A DNA stretch of 49,542 bases from Octopus bimaculoides (lineage: Eukaryota), in assembly GCF_001194135.2 (NCBI RefSeq), contig NC_068986.1, forward strand, positions 43,814,446 to 43,863,987, written 5' to 3'. Both the position numbers and the translations under genes were made by a program. The notes beneath the pieces are model-generated. The model saw only the letters and a list, made by a program, of their open reading frames with translations, had not been told where the DNA came from and searched no databases. Of this stretch, positions 13,096-26,679 are shown in pieces. The number at the start of each line of letters is the position of its first letter. Position 1 is the first letter of the stretch.

Positions 13096-14168
13096 TATAG
13101 CCGGTTTTGGTTACTTTTTATATGAAGTTTTATAGTCGTGTTTTGTTACTGTTGGTGTAACACTACTTTTATATGTTTCCTATTTGGAAATAGATAATAA
13201 ATATATTTTACTTTTGAAGTATGAATATATATTGATAAACTCGTCACTTATAACTTACTTATAAGTTCTATCATTATACATAAGTCCTGACTCCAGCTAC
13301 ATAAACGCCATAGCGAGAAATATATACTCTGAAACGCTAACAGACATTGTATGCGTGCATGTATGTTGAAGTTAAACAAATTCGTATTCTTTTAACCGCT
13401 ATTAAAAAAATACACAGTTTCATAATTGCAGAAATAAATTTCATTAACAAGCTGAAGAACGTGAAGAAAGAGAAAAAACAATTGCTACATTATTTTATTT
13501 ATGTACATTTAGCATTTATAGTACAATTGGAAAGTAAAGTCATTTTGTCGTAGAGAATTACGACTTAAAATTCACACTAACTAATCCTTCATACTAACTA
13601 CTAGAGTTCACAACAATTCAAATAAGTCTTGTTGGATCTTTATCATAGGCATAAAAAATAGCCAATATCTCAATGAGTGAGTGTCGTGGAGTTTAGTAAC
13701 ATCCAACGATCACTGAGTAATTTCCCAAAAATCAGAATTTTTATAATTTCTCATATCCGAATTCTAAGAACCGTATTTCGTGAAACATTTCTTTGACGAA
13801 AGTTTAGAATTTGTAAATGGGCAGTAATGTTAACCAATGGGATACCAATAATTATGCTTGTTCGGGAAAACGACCATTACGTCATATTGCCGCCTTTTAT
13901 GACTTGCAACAAAATTAAGTATTTTGCTCAAGGACACAACGCACCCCCGACCTTACGATCGTGAGCCGAATATCCTAATCACTAACTCACGCGCCTTTAT
14001 TATATGTGTATATAGGGGCAGGCGTGGTCGTGTGGTAAGAAACTTTCTTCCCAAACTCATGGTCCTGCATTCAGTCCCACCGCGTGGCATCTTAGGCAAC
14101 TTCTACTATTCCCTCGATCAAAGCCTTGTGAGTGGATTTGGGAGACGGAAACTGAAAACAAACCCGTC

Positions 14169-14203
<35 letters not shown>

Positions 14204-16313
14204 CGATTTTATACATTCAAATATTTTCATGTATATATAATTAACATACATGAACGTGCTAGATATGTTCTTTAGAAATCTAAATGACTACGAGAAACGG
14301 TTTTATTTCTTAGGAACGTACTTAAAAAGGCAAAATCTTTAATTCATGCGAGCCATGATGTTTTATTTTGACAGGTTTTTTTTCTTACTTGCCTATGTTA
14401 CTTTGGAAATCTAAATTCAAATAAGCATTCAAATGTTAAATCAAAATATATTAGTGGAATGTGGAATGTATTTTATTTATATGGTATTTTGACTAAAGTA
14501 ATGGTTGTAGGCTTATTTTCTTAATACGACTTCTCTTTTTGCTACACAAAATAATTGTTGATGTTAAACAAAAAAATTCAGTAGAATTATCAAAAATTTA
14601 AAATAGGAAAAGAAAGTAAAATGCAGTTGTTAAAATAAAACAGATGAGCTTTCGTCTGTTTGGTTTTATAGTGCTTTAGAAAATTTTTTTTTTTCATTTC
14701 GAAGACACTTTATTATCGACACATTTCTGCAAAAATTATAGAGTTGCTAATTTCAGATTTATTTTTTTTGACCTAACATTACGACACGGTATTGTATTGA
14801 CAGAAACACGAGAATATCAGACTGAATTCCTTAAATTATTTAATTTTATCCTCGAGGCTGAATTGTCTTTTCTTCCTTCCGGGGAAGCTAAACTAAGATC
14901 AAGTAATTATCTTGTATTCACAGTATTCATTTTGTCTCCAACAACAAATTGAGCTTACTATTGAACCGAAATAATTCAATTGTATGACATTAAGAACTAT
15001 GAAGTCAGAGAAATGGCAAAGCGCCAGGACAATATTTTGTTTAAGTTTCCGGCCACGATTACACGTGGTACAACTTAAACTACTATAAATCTTCTCTTCC
15101 TTCAAACATTAATACCCTACCCACTCAAACGATATACAAATTTTAAGATAATTCAAACGGAAGTCAGACTGCGACCATATTTTGACATGTAGTTGAGACA
15201 GTTCATTCCACTTTCGTTATAAATTCTCTTGGTTAAATAAACATAGGATTACAAATATTTTGGTTAAATAAACATAGGATTACAAGTATAGTCAATCAAT
15301 TAAATCTCAGTAGTTTATAACTTATTTTCTTTATTCTTGCAGAATACAGGACGATATTTGAATCTCCAATGTAGTTTTTCTGGTACTTTCCCGAACCTAC
15401 CAATTTAATATCTTATTTCTTCTCTTTTTAGACCAAATATTTCAAAGTACATTGTGCATATACGACTTTAGAACAAATTTAGGTTACGTTAAGCTTTCTA
15501 GGCATAAAGGCTAGGGTTTGGGTAATTTATATGTTGTAAAGTCCAAGATATTTTTCCAAGCACATAAGTAATTCGAGTTAAGTCTGCTAGTTATAGATGC
15601 AGCTTAATTATTCAAGCTGCTATATACTCTTAAGACATTCAGATGCATGGCTTGACTGTCCAAATACTTATAATCGTAAATTATGTGTGGTATTTTTTTA
15701 TGTTTCCCTTCGGTTCCGTATAGAATAACTGTTGATTACGTTACAAAATATTTCCTTGGTAAAAATATTTTTTGCGTTTAGTTCAGGGTGACCTGACATT
15801 TCAGTATGTGCTTATAGATAAATCTAATGCTATTGAGCTCTTAGTGAAATATATGTATATTTGGTTATGTTTAAGAAAATATGCGATTATTATATTCTAT
15901 ACTGTTCTATTCTTACGAGTACTGAAGTAAAAACATCGAGATACAAAGAAATATATAATCTATATCGATAAATTTGGGCTTAGTTGCTTTATATTTTCAG
16001 AAAACATTATGCATGCACATACGTACTGAAAATTTGCACACCTTCGCCTATAAACACGTAAACGTACGTAAAGACTTATACATTCCTGCTGCATTGAGAT
16101 TGTTTTTGCATTCAAAATTTACATACCTACAGGGAGTGTGTATTTGAAAAAATAGAACTCACTACTTATGACAATATATCTTTTATTCGGCTGTAAAGTT
16201 GCATAAGTGATTCCAGGGCTATCATGCATTGCACACTTTTGGTCTTTGAGTAACTTGTGTAACTTTACACCCAATATATATATGAGATTAAATAAATGAT
16301 AAGGAAATTATGT

Positions 16314-16652
16314 AATGAACTTCCTTAGCTTACAGCTGTTTCTGCTATAAGATGCAAAACGCTCATAATTGAGTCTTTCTGTCTCACCCAATAGTTTCAT
16401 CGGAACTTCAAAAATGAGATGAAATTTTATTTAGGAAAGCTTTTATACATGTGGAAAAGATCACCATCGAAATGAAGTAAAATAAAATTTGACCACGATT
16501 GTAATACTTTCGATATATATAAATGTTTTCCCAAATAAAATTGCACTTCATTTTTGAAGTTTCGATTAAGCTATAGGGGGATACATAAGAATCATATCTG
16601 AGTTGATTCTGCATCTCATAGCAGAAACAGCTGTAAGCAAATAGAGTTCATT
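16314..16652. mobile_element. MITE, about 340 bp, with ~40-bp imperfect terminal inverted repeats
   Basis: GCTTACAGCTGTTTCTGCTATAAGATGC (16328-16355) is matched at 27/28 by the reverse complement of 16611-16638. Outer AATGAAC/GTTCATT also pair. No ORF inside. Confidence 0.8.
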
Positions 16653-16799
16653 CTTTGTTTCCTAGTCATTTATATAGTTTTTTATCACATTCTGTACTTG
16701 ACTAACGCTTTTTTCTTAAGCATATGTATATTGGGCTCTAACATTAGACTATTAGTATCGCTATGCCTTAGTGAAATATTAATGTATAAGGTATTAAGA

Positions 16800-19560
16800 A
16801 ACTCCAATGAGAGCTAAACAGTAGAAGACCTCCTAGGAAGAAACCCAACACACCCTATGCAAGTATTTCGGCCTTTTACTCCTTACACTGTAGGAGAACA
16901 TGGCTGCATGTACATCATGGCTCCTGGATACACCTCTGCTTCTTCTTTCTGTACTACTGTCTGCATTTACAACCTGCACCTTCCTGGGTGGTCAAGGTAC
17001 CTCAGAGCCAAGAAACCTTGGATGTCGTAAGCACTTCGGTCCTTGACACGAACATAAGGTACATTATGCCTTCTGAAATTCGCTTTCATTCGTCATTGGA
17101 CAGATCCAGTTGGAATTCTTCTCAGCTGCTTCTCCTATAGCATTAAGAGATTTGGTTTTCTTTTTTCCAGAAATTGTGTGCTGTTTCATAAGATCGTAGC
17201 CAGATTTTCCCACCAATCCCTAAGACAAGAACTTTGGCTTGCGTGCCAAATTCTCTAAATTTGACGACTAAACTGACAAGTATCACAATCTTATAGGAGC
17301 GGATTCCCACCAATATGCTCTTATATGGCACAAGTTAATCAGCTTCACTTGCTTTGATGAAAATATGCGGAATACAACATCCTGTCTCATACTACTCTTG
17401 TTGATGATATCTGGGGGATTTTCCAGTCTGGAAGGTTTGATGTGTGCACCCAGTCATATGCTCTATCTAGTAGCCCCTGCTCTGCTTTCATGAATCAATT
17501 GGCACAGCCAGCTGTTCTAGGCCACAAAATTTTACCTCCCACCGTGTGAAGTATTGGTACAACTTCTAATTGAGTCGTCTTCTATCTCACAGTAAAACTC
17601 ACATGTAAGATTGCTTCAAGCACTTGATCGTGTCTCCGTGGGTACTTTCCCTGGGCTATCATGACTTTGTATGAGCTCACATGTTCTACAGCTTGTTTGC
17701 CTTGGCAGAATGAGCATGCAGAGTTGTCTAATTTCCCCCACCTCACCAGGTTTGTATTTGAGCACAGACGGCCAAATATAGATCTGAGGATGCAGTTGAT
17801 TTTTAGAGGAGCCATTTGCCATACATCATTCCAGCATTTCTTTGGTTTACACTCTCCCACAATGTCAATTGTTCTTGTTTGCCCTGCTGGACTACCTTCT
17901 GGATTCTCTTGGCATCGTCTTCCTCCGTCACTTCCTGCATTACTATATCTCTCCCTCCTTGATTTCCCTTTTACCTTTGAATACCAGTCCATTGACCCTA
18001 GTCATAGCTTATTGATCATTGATTGTCCCATGTTGCCCAAAACGTGAGGTGCTCTTTTGTTGCATCCACGTCCCACAAAAACTTCCATTTTCTGCCAGTT
18101 CTCAGTTTGGGTTTGATTGATCCCATAACCTTACCTTTGGATTCTTCATGCATATATAAGAGCTTTTAATAGCTTTGTACCTTTCCACGATGAACTTTAG
18201 GAGTAGGTTCAGCTCTGCAAGATGATAGTAGTGAACAACATCAAGTGAGACACTGAACCATTTCCTCGTGTATTTCTTAATCTTGGCTTCCATCATTTCT
18301 ATTGTGCTATTATTAGCAAACGCCTAAGGGGTTTTGGTATTTACATGAACTGCAGGTACCCGACTGTGCTTGCCAGAGAGGTCACATAGAACTATTACAT
18401 TCAAACACTCCTCTGCCATTTGCTTAGTTTCACTTCTTCTTGTGTCATTCAGGAAGTTGTCATATCAAAGATTCCTGACTGGTTCTCCGACAAATGCTGG
18501 ATCGAGTTGGTTAATCTACAGTGAACAATATTCTAACAGCTACCTTCCCCTTCCGTAGTGAGAGGCTCTGCATCTTCTAGTGTTTGAAACTCGTTCAAGA
18601 TGAATTACTTCATATGACTGCTTCAGTATCCTATGTGTCTCATCTTCCCTTGTAGAAAAAAGGCTCTTATAGGGGACATTCAGTATCCATTTTTAAAGCC
18701 TTCCGGACACGAGTCACTCAAATCTTTTACTTCACTTCCATTACAAGTACAAAATATATTGGAGAAATGGTAGCTCATTGCTATGCCAACTTCCAGATTT
18801 ACCCAGTCAGTCGCGAAATCCTTTGTGGAGAATAGCATCAAAATGCCATAAAGGAACTTTTTCAATATTTTTTTATGATTTTTGGGACATGATACATCTT
18901 AAGAGCCAGTTCGATCATCTCATGGGTATTTATCAGAGCCACACGACATCGAGGTCCTTCTCTGCTCTCTCAAAACTACTTGCCAAATCATCGCGGCTGC
19001 TCTATGTATTCAAACATTCCGAAGATACTTCCTTTCTGGACTGACATATCAAGTTACTTATTCCCTGTGAGATATTTTAACTTTGCTAACATAACAGAAG
19101 ATTTTTCCTTCAACATTCAGAAGTGATTTTGGTCAGAACTGATTGATATTACATGAGTTTCTTTCTTTGGGAGTAAACACTCCGTCAGTTATCATCCACT
19201 AGTTGTTGATCTTCAGTCTCCTCTATGCTAACCTTAAACTTTGGAGCCATTCAAGAACATTGGGATATTTTTTAGACAGCACATAAGGAATGCCATTTAG
19301 CCCAAACGATAATTCACCTCTGGCTTTCTGAACAACTTTCCTTATTTCACCCAGTGATAGTGGCTTGTTTGTGAACATTTCTTCTTGAATTGCTAGCTAT
19401 ACCAGACCCTGGATTTCGGGTAGTGCCATGCGAAGAGAATCGGAAAAATCATATTTTTGATTTCCAAAGACGCGATCTTGAGTCTTGTTTCTTCGCTGAT
19501 AATGCTTTGCTTGGAGTACTGAGTCTTGCTTTCAGATCTTTCGGAGCTTCACCAACATTC
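16800..19560 (-). mobile_element. Hero-like (NeSL/R2 group, restriction-like endonuclease) non-LTR retrotransposon, 5'-truncated and decayed
   Basis: Minus frames in order: KPLSLGEIRKVVQKARGELSFGLNGIPYV; PKERNSCNINQF..SLLNVEGKIF (RT N-terminus); SPIRAF (the MDD region is lost); NLVRWGK..CSFCQGK..VEH..QGKYPRRHDQVL (CCHC region); a D..IEL-type REL region near 17300-17400; AIGEAAEKNSNWI at the C-terminus. Confidence 0.85.
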
Positions 19561-21174
19561 GAATTTCAAAATTTGGTGCAGTCTTTAACTGAAAGATAAA
19601 GTGGCCCTCGACAGAATTTGAACCCAAATCAGAACATACAGACGGACGAAATACTGCAAAGCATTTTGCTCAGAGTGCTCACGATTTTGCCAGCTCGCCG
19701 TTTTAGGCAGTGAGTAAATGGTGTTATACACATGCACATAGTGAGAGAGAAATAGACAAAGAAAAAGAAGGGAGGGAGCAAATGGCATAGTAGTTAGAGT
19801 ATGAGAGAGAGTGAGAGAGAGACAGACAGACAGAGAATGAAAGCATAACAGTTCAGAACAATACGATAAAACGTAAAAATATATAGTAAAAATAAAGGCT
19901 ATAAACGAAATAGAGAAAGTGAAGAGAAGAGGGAGGGGATACCCGAAGGAGAAGGGACTGGAGAGAGGAGATGGAGTTGGGGAGATGGTGATAAGTAGAG
20001 GGATAGACAGAGAAGGGAAAGCAGTCATTTATAAATGTATTATGGAAGAAATTGAAGCATATATTTGAAAAGTTTTTTTTTTTTAATAACAGATCAAAGG
20101 AAAAAGGTGTAATAAAGACGAGGATCATTATATAAGAAGATTGCAGGCAAGTTTTTTAGAGTTGAATACACATAAATAAAAATATGTTCGTATCAAATAT
20201 AGACATGCAGCAATACACGCACGTGCGCGCATGCGTATACATTCTGTGGTGGGGTGTATTTCATGTTATTTCAAAAGTTTATAAATTACTATTATTATTA
20301 TTATTAGATATGTATGTGTATATATATATATATATATATTGCAAACTTTCTGTTAACTGCAAGTTTTAATTATCTATATTGAGTAGCTGGATGAGAAATT
20401 TTATTTCTCATACAATATCTTACAGTACTGAACTAAATAGAAAGCAAATAGATCAGCACATCAATATCCTACTGACCTTAGCAATGAAGATTATGCAGCA
20501 GAAATATAGCATTTGCCGTCACAACATAAGGCAGATTCTGATAAACCAGAAAAGAAATCTCGAGAATTAGTAAATTTAACTGACTACAAACTTGTGTGAT
20601 ATTTCTAAGCATTTGTGTTAGTTTGAGAATAATGCTACAATATCAGCAACAGAATGTTTTCAGTTTTATTTTGCTTTTGTTTTTGTTTTTATCAAATTCA
20701 AATATGAAAAATCTCTTTAAAGCCCAACGTGACTCAGACGTCTTTTGTGGATTTAAGAAGACTAGATTTCAGTACATTACCTCAAACCTGGATGGCTACA
20801 CTGCCTTGTTAAAACCAACTGTTACAAAAGTTAAAGCCAAGAAAGACAAGGGAATTTCTAGATATCAGTAGTCATAGATGTAAACCTTTTTATTGCTACT
20901 TTTTAATTTGCTTTGCTTTTTTGAGACTTAGTATTCACATGTCAAGGCGCATGGCTTAGTGATTGGGGCATTCGGAACATGATTGTAATGTCTCGAGTTC
21001 AATTCCCAGCAGTGCGTTTTGTCCTTAAGCAAGACACTTTATTTCATATTGCTCCAGTTCTCTCAGTTCGTAGCACCTGTATTTCAAAGGGCCAGCTTTG
21101 TCACATTCTGTATCATACAGAATTTCCCTGATAACTGACATTGAGAACCGGAAGCCATCTGAATATTGGAAAAG

Positions 21175-21790
21175 AGTCACTCGTACCAAGTATTAAATTG
21201 CCGACATCATAACTGTTATTCAATGCTCTGTGAACGCTGTAAAAGCAGACTAACGTGATATGAACAGCTGAAACGGAGACTACGGAGTCGTGGCCAGTAG
21301 GAAGGGACACAGCAGGCGTCCTGACTGAGACCGGACGTCGGAATTCATCCACACATCTTTGAACAGATATTAAGCTCAATTCAGATAGCTATGTGAAGCT
21401 GACGGAGACTGTAGTCAAAACTTAGTTGAAGATGATTACTGCTAGAAGGCCATGTGTGGCAGCAGGATTCTATACCTTGCCATACTTCCGGGAAGAATCA
21501 AAAGGGGTTGTCACAGAATTTCTACTTCACCAGCCCTTATTTCTAGCTTCATTATTCTCCGAATGTAATCCCATGGATTACTATGCGCGGAGTGCATTCG
21601 AGAAAGAAACCAACATCTCTGGCTGCAACACCAAGGGCGAGATCAAAGAGATGTTCGAGGATCTTCCTGGAGTCACAGTGAGAAACGCATACGATAGGTT
21701 CCAGAGCCGTCTTGAGGCCATGGTTGAAGCTGAGGGTGCATACTTTTATCTACCAGCCATAATCTAGTATATATTTTTTATTATTCAAAA
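21175..21790 (+). mobile_element. Second maT-type Tc1/mariner remnant, older and internally deleted
   Basis: SECNPMDYYARSAFEKETN..CNTK..RFQSRLEAMVEAEG parallels the C-terminus of 11150-11914. Confidence 0.75.
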
Positions 21791-24121
21791 TACTTTGATT
21801 TTTGGATTGGGTATTGTATTTTCTTTTCCTTTTAAGCAAACTGTCGAATTTAACCCAAACGCCCTATAGAACATATCTGCAGCTAACACTGTGTGAGATG
21901 ACGAATGTAAACAATACGTCTATATATGTTTATGGACAGAGAGAAGAGGAACAGATGTTCGCACGTTTTGATTCTTGGAATCTTCGTCAGTAATTGTATA
22001 CCTCTCTAACAATCCAAAAACATATTGTATAGACATAGTGTTTCCATTTGTTGTTGACTGATAAATACATACAAGCACACCCAGTAATATAATAAATATG
22101 AGTTTTTAAATAAAAGTAAGGTAAATGGGATGTTATAATGTTCGCACTTTTCGAAAAGGCATTAATGTTGAAGCTTAGTGATGAGTTTTAAATCAGAATT
22201 CGAGAACATCTGCTTGTAGACTTTGAAGAGAGACTTCGTAGAAAGATGTTGTCTTGTTATTTCGACCCATGAATTTACTGACCTATTTTGGACCTAATAC
22301 CAGAGCTTGAAACAGTTTAGCACCGTCTCTCACTATGCAGCTGTTTTGAATTCATGTGCTTCGTCCGCTACGTAATAATCACTTTCGTCAAAGGGATTTT
22401 TCCTAGAATTCCATCAGTTATATCTTCTTAATCTGAATTTTTGTAGAAAGAAGTATATCATTTCTTGGTTATGTGACTGATTTCTTGAAAATATTCTTAA
22501 AAACAAAAATCTCGTTTAGTCATTAATAAGCTGTCCCACTACTACAGAGATATACTTTCCTGTTGCCTATATCTCTTCAACTCTGGAGGTCTAACTTCTT
22601 AATACACACCATTATTTGTAGGCGTATGGTCAAATGGGTTCAAGTTCTGACCAACCATCTTTTTGCATATCAGGGACTACATTATTCAATGTGTCTTTTC
22701 CGTTTTAAGACAAGGTGTGATTTGAAAGAGATTCAGTTCGTGTTTCTTGCAGTGTAGAGTCGTGTAGAAGCTTCTTTATTGGATCAGTGTGACAAGATTG
22801 TATAGAAAGACGTGTAAGTATAATTTCTAATGTATAACATTTGCCTTCTTTTAGCTTTAGTATATTTTAAGATCTCACTCAATTTGAATAAATTGTTATA
22901 TAGTGCAAAATGTAAATTTATTTTCCAAATTCAATAAACGAATAAACCATATTTTCTACATATGCATAATTGCTTTATAAATTAACTTACACATCCTGAG
23001 TGTGTTCATTCTTTATAGAAGAAATATTGTAATTTCTGCTTCCATCCCAATCCGTACTTTTTGATGTTATTGATTCTTCCTACAAATAAGAGACTGCTTA
23101 TATTCTGTTGTAAAACTTTAGCAAAGAAGAATAACTTCCAAATTTTGGTTGTAATATCTAATTACAATTTGTGACTCAGCAATTTTCTATATTGACAATA
23201 CTATTTCTTTTCTATATCAATAACCTCTGACTGGAATAAATCCTGTTTGACCAATTATATCAGTGCTCGCTGTATATAATAACTAATGAAACAACTATAA
23301 CAGAATTGATATTCATGACCATAACGACATCATCATGGAAAATAATAAATATATACTAAGAGACAATAATAGCAGGCCCCTCATTTGAAACTACAGAAAC
23401 TATGCAAAACTAAAAACTATAAAAACGCAATGAATATTAATAAAAAGAAAAGGCAATTTGAAGTTTGACTTTTTAGAAGCTACGGAGTTAGCTTTACAGA
23501 GAGTTAAAAATATTAAAATGACGAACATATTCATTCTTAATATATTCTGGCAGATTTGAACATAATTATTCAAATCGTTGTTGTATGTAGTATTCAGAGA
23601 ACAACTTCTTTCAGACGTTGTGTGTCCACAACACACTCGATTCATTGACATCACGGCATTTTGACATGATTATGTCTCTTCAGTCGAAGTTTTCCTTCAG
23701 TCGAAGTTTTCCTTGAAACTAAACAAAAATGGTGATTCCTGCCTATACAGTTTAGTAAGCAAATTATTTGCCGATACATCCTGACGTCTTCCAAACCAAT
23801 AACAAAATTATCATATGCACGGAGAACCTGGAGATTCAAAACGATGACGTACATATTCATTCTTAATGTTCCGGCATATTATAAGGCGGTGAGCTTGAAG
23901 AATCATTACCGCTCTGGAAAGAATGCTCAGTGACATGTCTTACGTTCAGGGTTCAAATGCAGCCGAGGTCGACTTTGATTTTCATCCATTCGGCTTTTAT
24001 TAAACCTAGTACTTATTCCATCGGTCTTTTTATCGAACTGCCAATTGACGGGGACGTATACACATCAGCACCAGTTGTCAAGCGGTGGTGGGGACAAACA
24101 CAGACACAAAGACATACACAC

Positions 24122-24122
<1 letters not shown>

Positions 24123-24162
<40 letters not shown>
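24123..24162. repeat. (GATA)n microsatellite
   Basis: Direct. Also 24900-24985 (GATA/CATA compound) and 28200-28258. Confidence 0.95.
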
Positions 24163-24364
24163 CGACAGGCTTCTTCCAGTTTCCGTCTACCAAATCCACT
24201 TAGAAGGCTTTGGTCGACCCGAGGCTATAGTAGAAGTCATTTACCCAAGGTACCACGCAGTGGAACTGAGCCCTGAACCATGACGTTGGGAAGCAAGCTT
24301 CTTACCACACAACCACACCTGCACCTATAATTAAAATGTCTAAGAAGGGTAGTTGGCTATGACT

Positions 24365-24600
24365 AAATTCTATTGTGAACTGAATACTGTTATTAATCTA
24401 TTGAATACGAATTTGAAATCATTTAGTTCATCTGGGCTGTATATCCACAGAATAAGACAGTCATCTAAGTATCGTTTCCAATTTTTCACTAGATAATTTT
24501 GAAAGTTGATACCGTACTTTGTTGTGACTTGTTCATACATCTGCACTTCTAGATATGCCATGACTAAGTCGGCGTATACATACGGAGGCGCATGACTTAG
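24365..24600 (-). pseudogene. Penelope-like element reverse transcriptase fragment
   Basis: APPYVYADLVMAYLE...NWKRYLDDCLILW...ELNDFKFVFN: the YLDD catalytic motif in PLE-type context. Confidence 0.75.
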
Positions 24601-24910
24601 TTGTAAGCCAAATATAAACAGGTGCATGACTTAGTTGTTACATTCATGATCGTTAGACTGTGGTTTCGATTCCTTGACCGGGTGATGCATTGCGTTCTTG
24701 AGCAAAAGATTTCATTTCACTTTACTCCAGTCCACACAGGTAGCAAATATGAGTAATCCTACGACAGATTGGCGTCCCGTCCAGCTGGAGAATATATACA
24801 TCACAGAATGTGGGAAACGGCCTATAGCTTGAGAAGGACATTTGAACCATAATATATGTATGTATGTATGTGTGTGTGTGTGCGTACATACATACAGGTA
24901 TAGATAGATT

Positions 24911-24942
<32 letters not shown>

Positions 24943-25359
24943 CATACATACATACATACATACATACATACATACATACATACATAGACAGACAGACATA
25001 AACACACACGCACGCACACACACACATACACAATAAAAGTAGTATCGAACAAATGACAATTGAAAATATAATCCTAGAATATTACAATATTTATGAAGTC
25101 AGAAACCATCATATTGACAGAAGTAAGAACATTATGAAAGCCTAAATACCATTGCAGATATTTTAGGAAGTATAATCGAACTTCATCAGACATTTGATTT
25201 CGAAACTCAGAAACTTCCGAATGCTTTTCGTACTTTCTCGAAAGGAATCTAGGTATTACAACCAACGATTTTTAAAAATTATTTTATTACTTTATTTTCA
25301 GTTTCAGCTAGAGCCTGTAGCCATGCTGGGGCACCGCCATTGGTGCTAATGCCTGTTTA

Positions 25360-25745
25360 TTTTAGACTCACTTTCCAATCTTCTCTCCTTAATCGGTCCT
25401 AGTGAAGTAGTGAGATGCAGGCTTATTTAGTATATCAGATAAAAATTTCTCTAATTGTTCTTTGAACACATCCACATCTCCAGAACTCTAAGGTATTATA
25501 GCAAGGTATTGAAGAGTTACGGGCCTTTGAACCCTAACTTATTACAGTATTGAGTTACTGTGTTGGACAAGGACAAGATTTTCGGTACAGCTTTCAATCC
25601 AAATATTCGGTATTAGACAACATCTATATCCATATATATATCACTGCATATATTTCGCGTCTTCTCCCCAGGAGTTATAATCTCAGCTATTTTCGTTTAT
25701 CCCAGTAGTTCATGTACTGCACCAAGGCAGATTTAGTTCAATGGC
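25360..25745 (-). pseudogene. CR1/L2/Jockey-type LINE ORF2 3' end, decayed
   Basis: Minus frames give YWDK...LGRRREIYAVIYIW (cf. YWERL...SLERRRERY..IY.WK), KGP.LFNTL and DVDVFKEQLEKFLSDI. Confidence 0.7.
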
Positions 25746-25784
25746 GTTGGATTGTTTGGTATATTAGCGGTAAATAATCTTTTG

Positions 25785-26228
25785 TAATATAGGCACAAGG
25801 CCTGAAATTTGGGGGAAGAGGAAAAGTCGATCACATCGACTCCAGTACTCAACTGGTACTTATTTTATCCTCCCGAAAGGATAAACGGCAAAGATGACCT
25901 CGGTGAAATTTAAACTCAGAACGTAAAGAAGAACACATTGGTGCTAAGCATTTTGTCCCGCATGCTAACGATTCTGTCAGCTCACCGCCTTAGTGGTGTT
26001 AAATAATGGTTTCAAATGTTGGCACAAGGCCAGAAATTAAGTTGATTACATCAACCCCAGTGCTCAAGTGGTATTTATTTTAGCAGTCGTGAAAGGATGG
26101 AAATAAAATTGCCCTCGGCGGAACCTCAACTCAGAACGTAAAGGCGGATGAAATGGCGCTAAGTATTTTGCCCGGCGCGCTAAGTATTTTGCCCGGCGCG
26201 CTAGTGATTCTGCCAGCTCACTGCCTTA
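25785..26228 (-). mobile_element. Tandem pair of family C SINEs
   Basis: Two head-to-tail units (about 25785-25990 and 26010-26226), each with the C core and head. Confidence 0.85.
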
Positions 26229-26679
26229 GTGGTTTTAAATGATAATGAGTAAAATAGATTCAATTTTAGCACTTTAGCTAAATTAATTAACATAAATAAT
26301 GGCAATGGAAAATTCAAATTAGTCCAGTCCAATTATCGAAGAAATAGATACAATGGGATTGAAAAAATTTAATCTTTGGACATTTTAAAGATGTGGGTGT
26401 AATCTCCTAATAGTGTTAGTATATTCATGATTTTATATGTGTGTGTACATGTTAGCTCAAGTGTATAGACATATCTATGTATCTGAAAATATTTAGTTTA
26501 GTATTTTTCTTTTCGTTTTGTTTAGTTTCCCTATTTTTGCATTCTTCAGCAGTTTTCTGGGTTTTCTTTTCAATATTTGAATAGGTTTTATTTTTAAAAC
26601 ATCAAAAAATTTTTTTTCTTTTGGTGGGGGGTTCCTTTTTTTGTTACAAAGGTATATTTATACTGACCTATTTTTTTAG

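Noticed and set aside
14985-15070. Possible exon NYEVREMAKRQDNILFKFPATITRG
   Set aside because: Weak acceptor and donor and no recognisable homology. The 12-mer shared with about 25098 is expected by chance at this window size.
20596-20871. 91-aa + ORF, and an antisense 38-nt exon candidate (20781-20818)
   Set aside because: No recognisable family and no linking minus-strand exons nearby; cannot be distinguished from chance.
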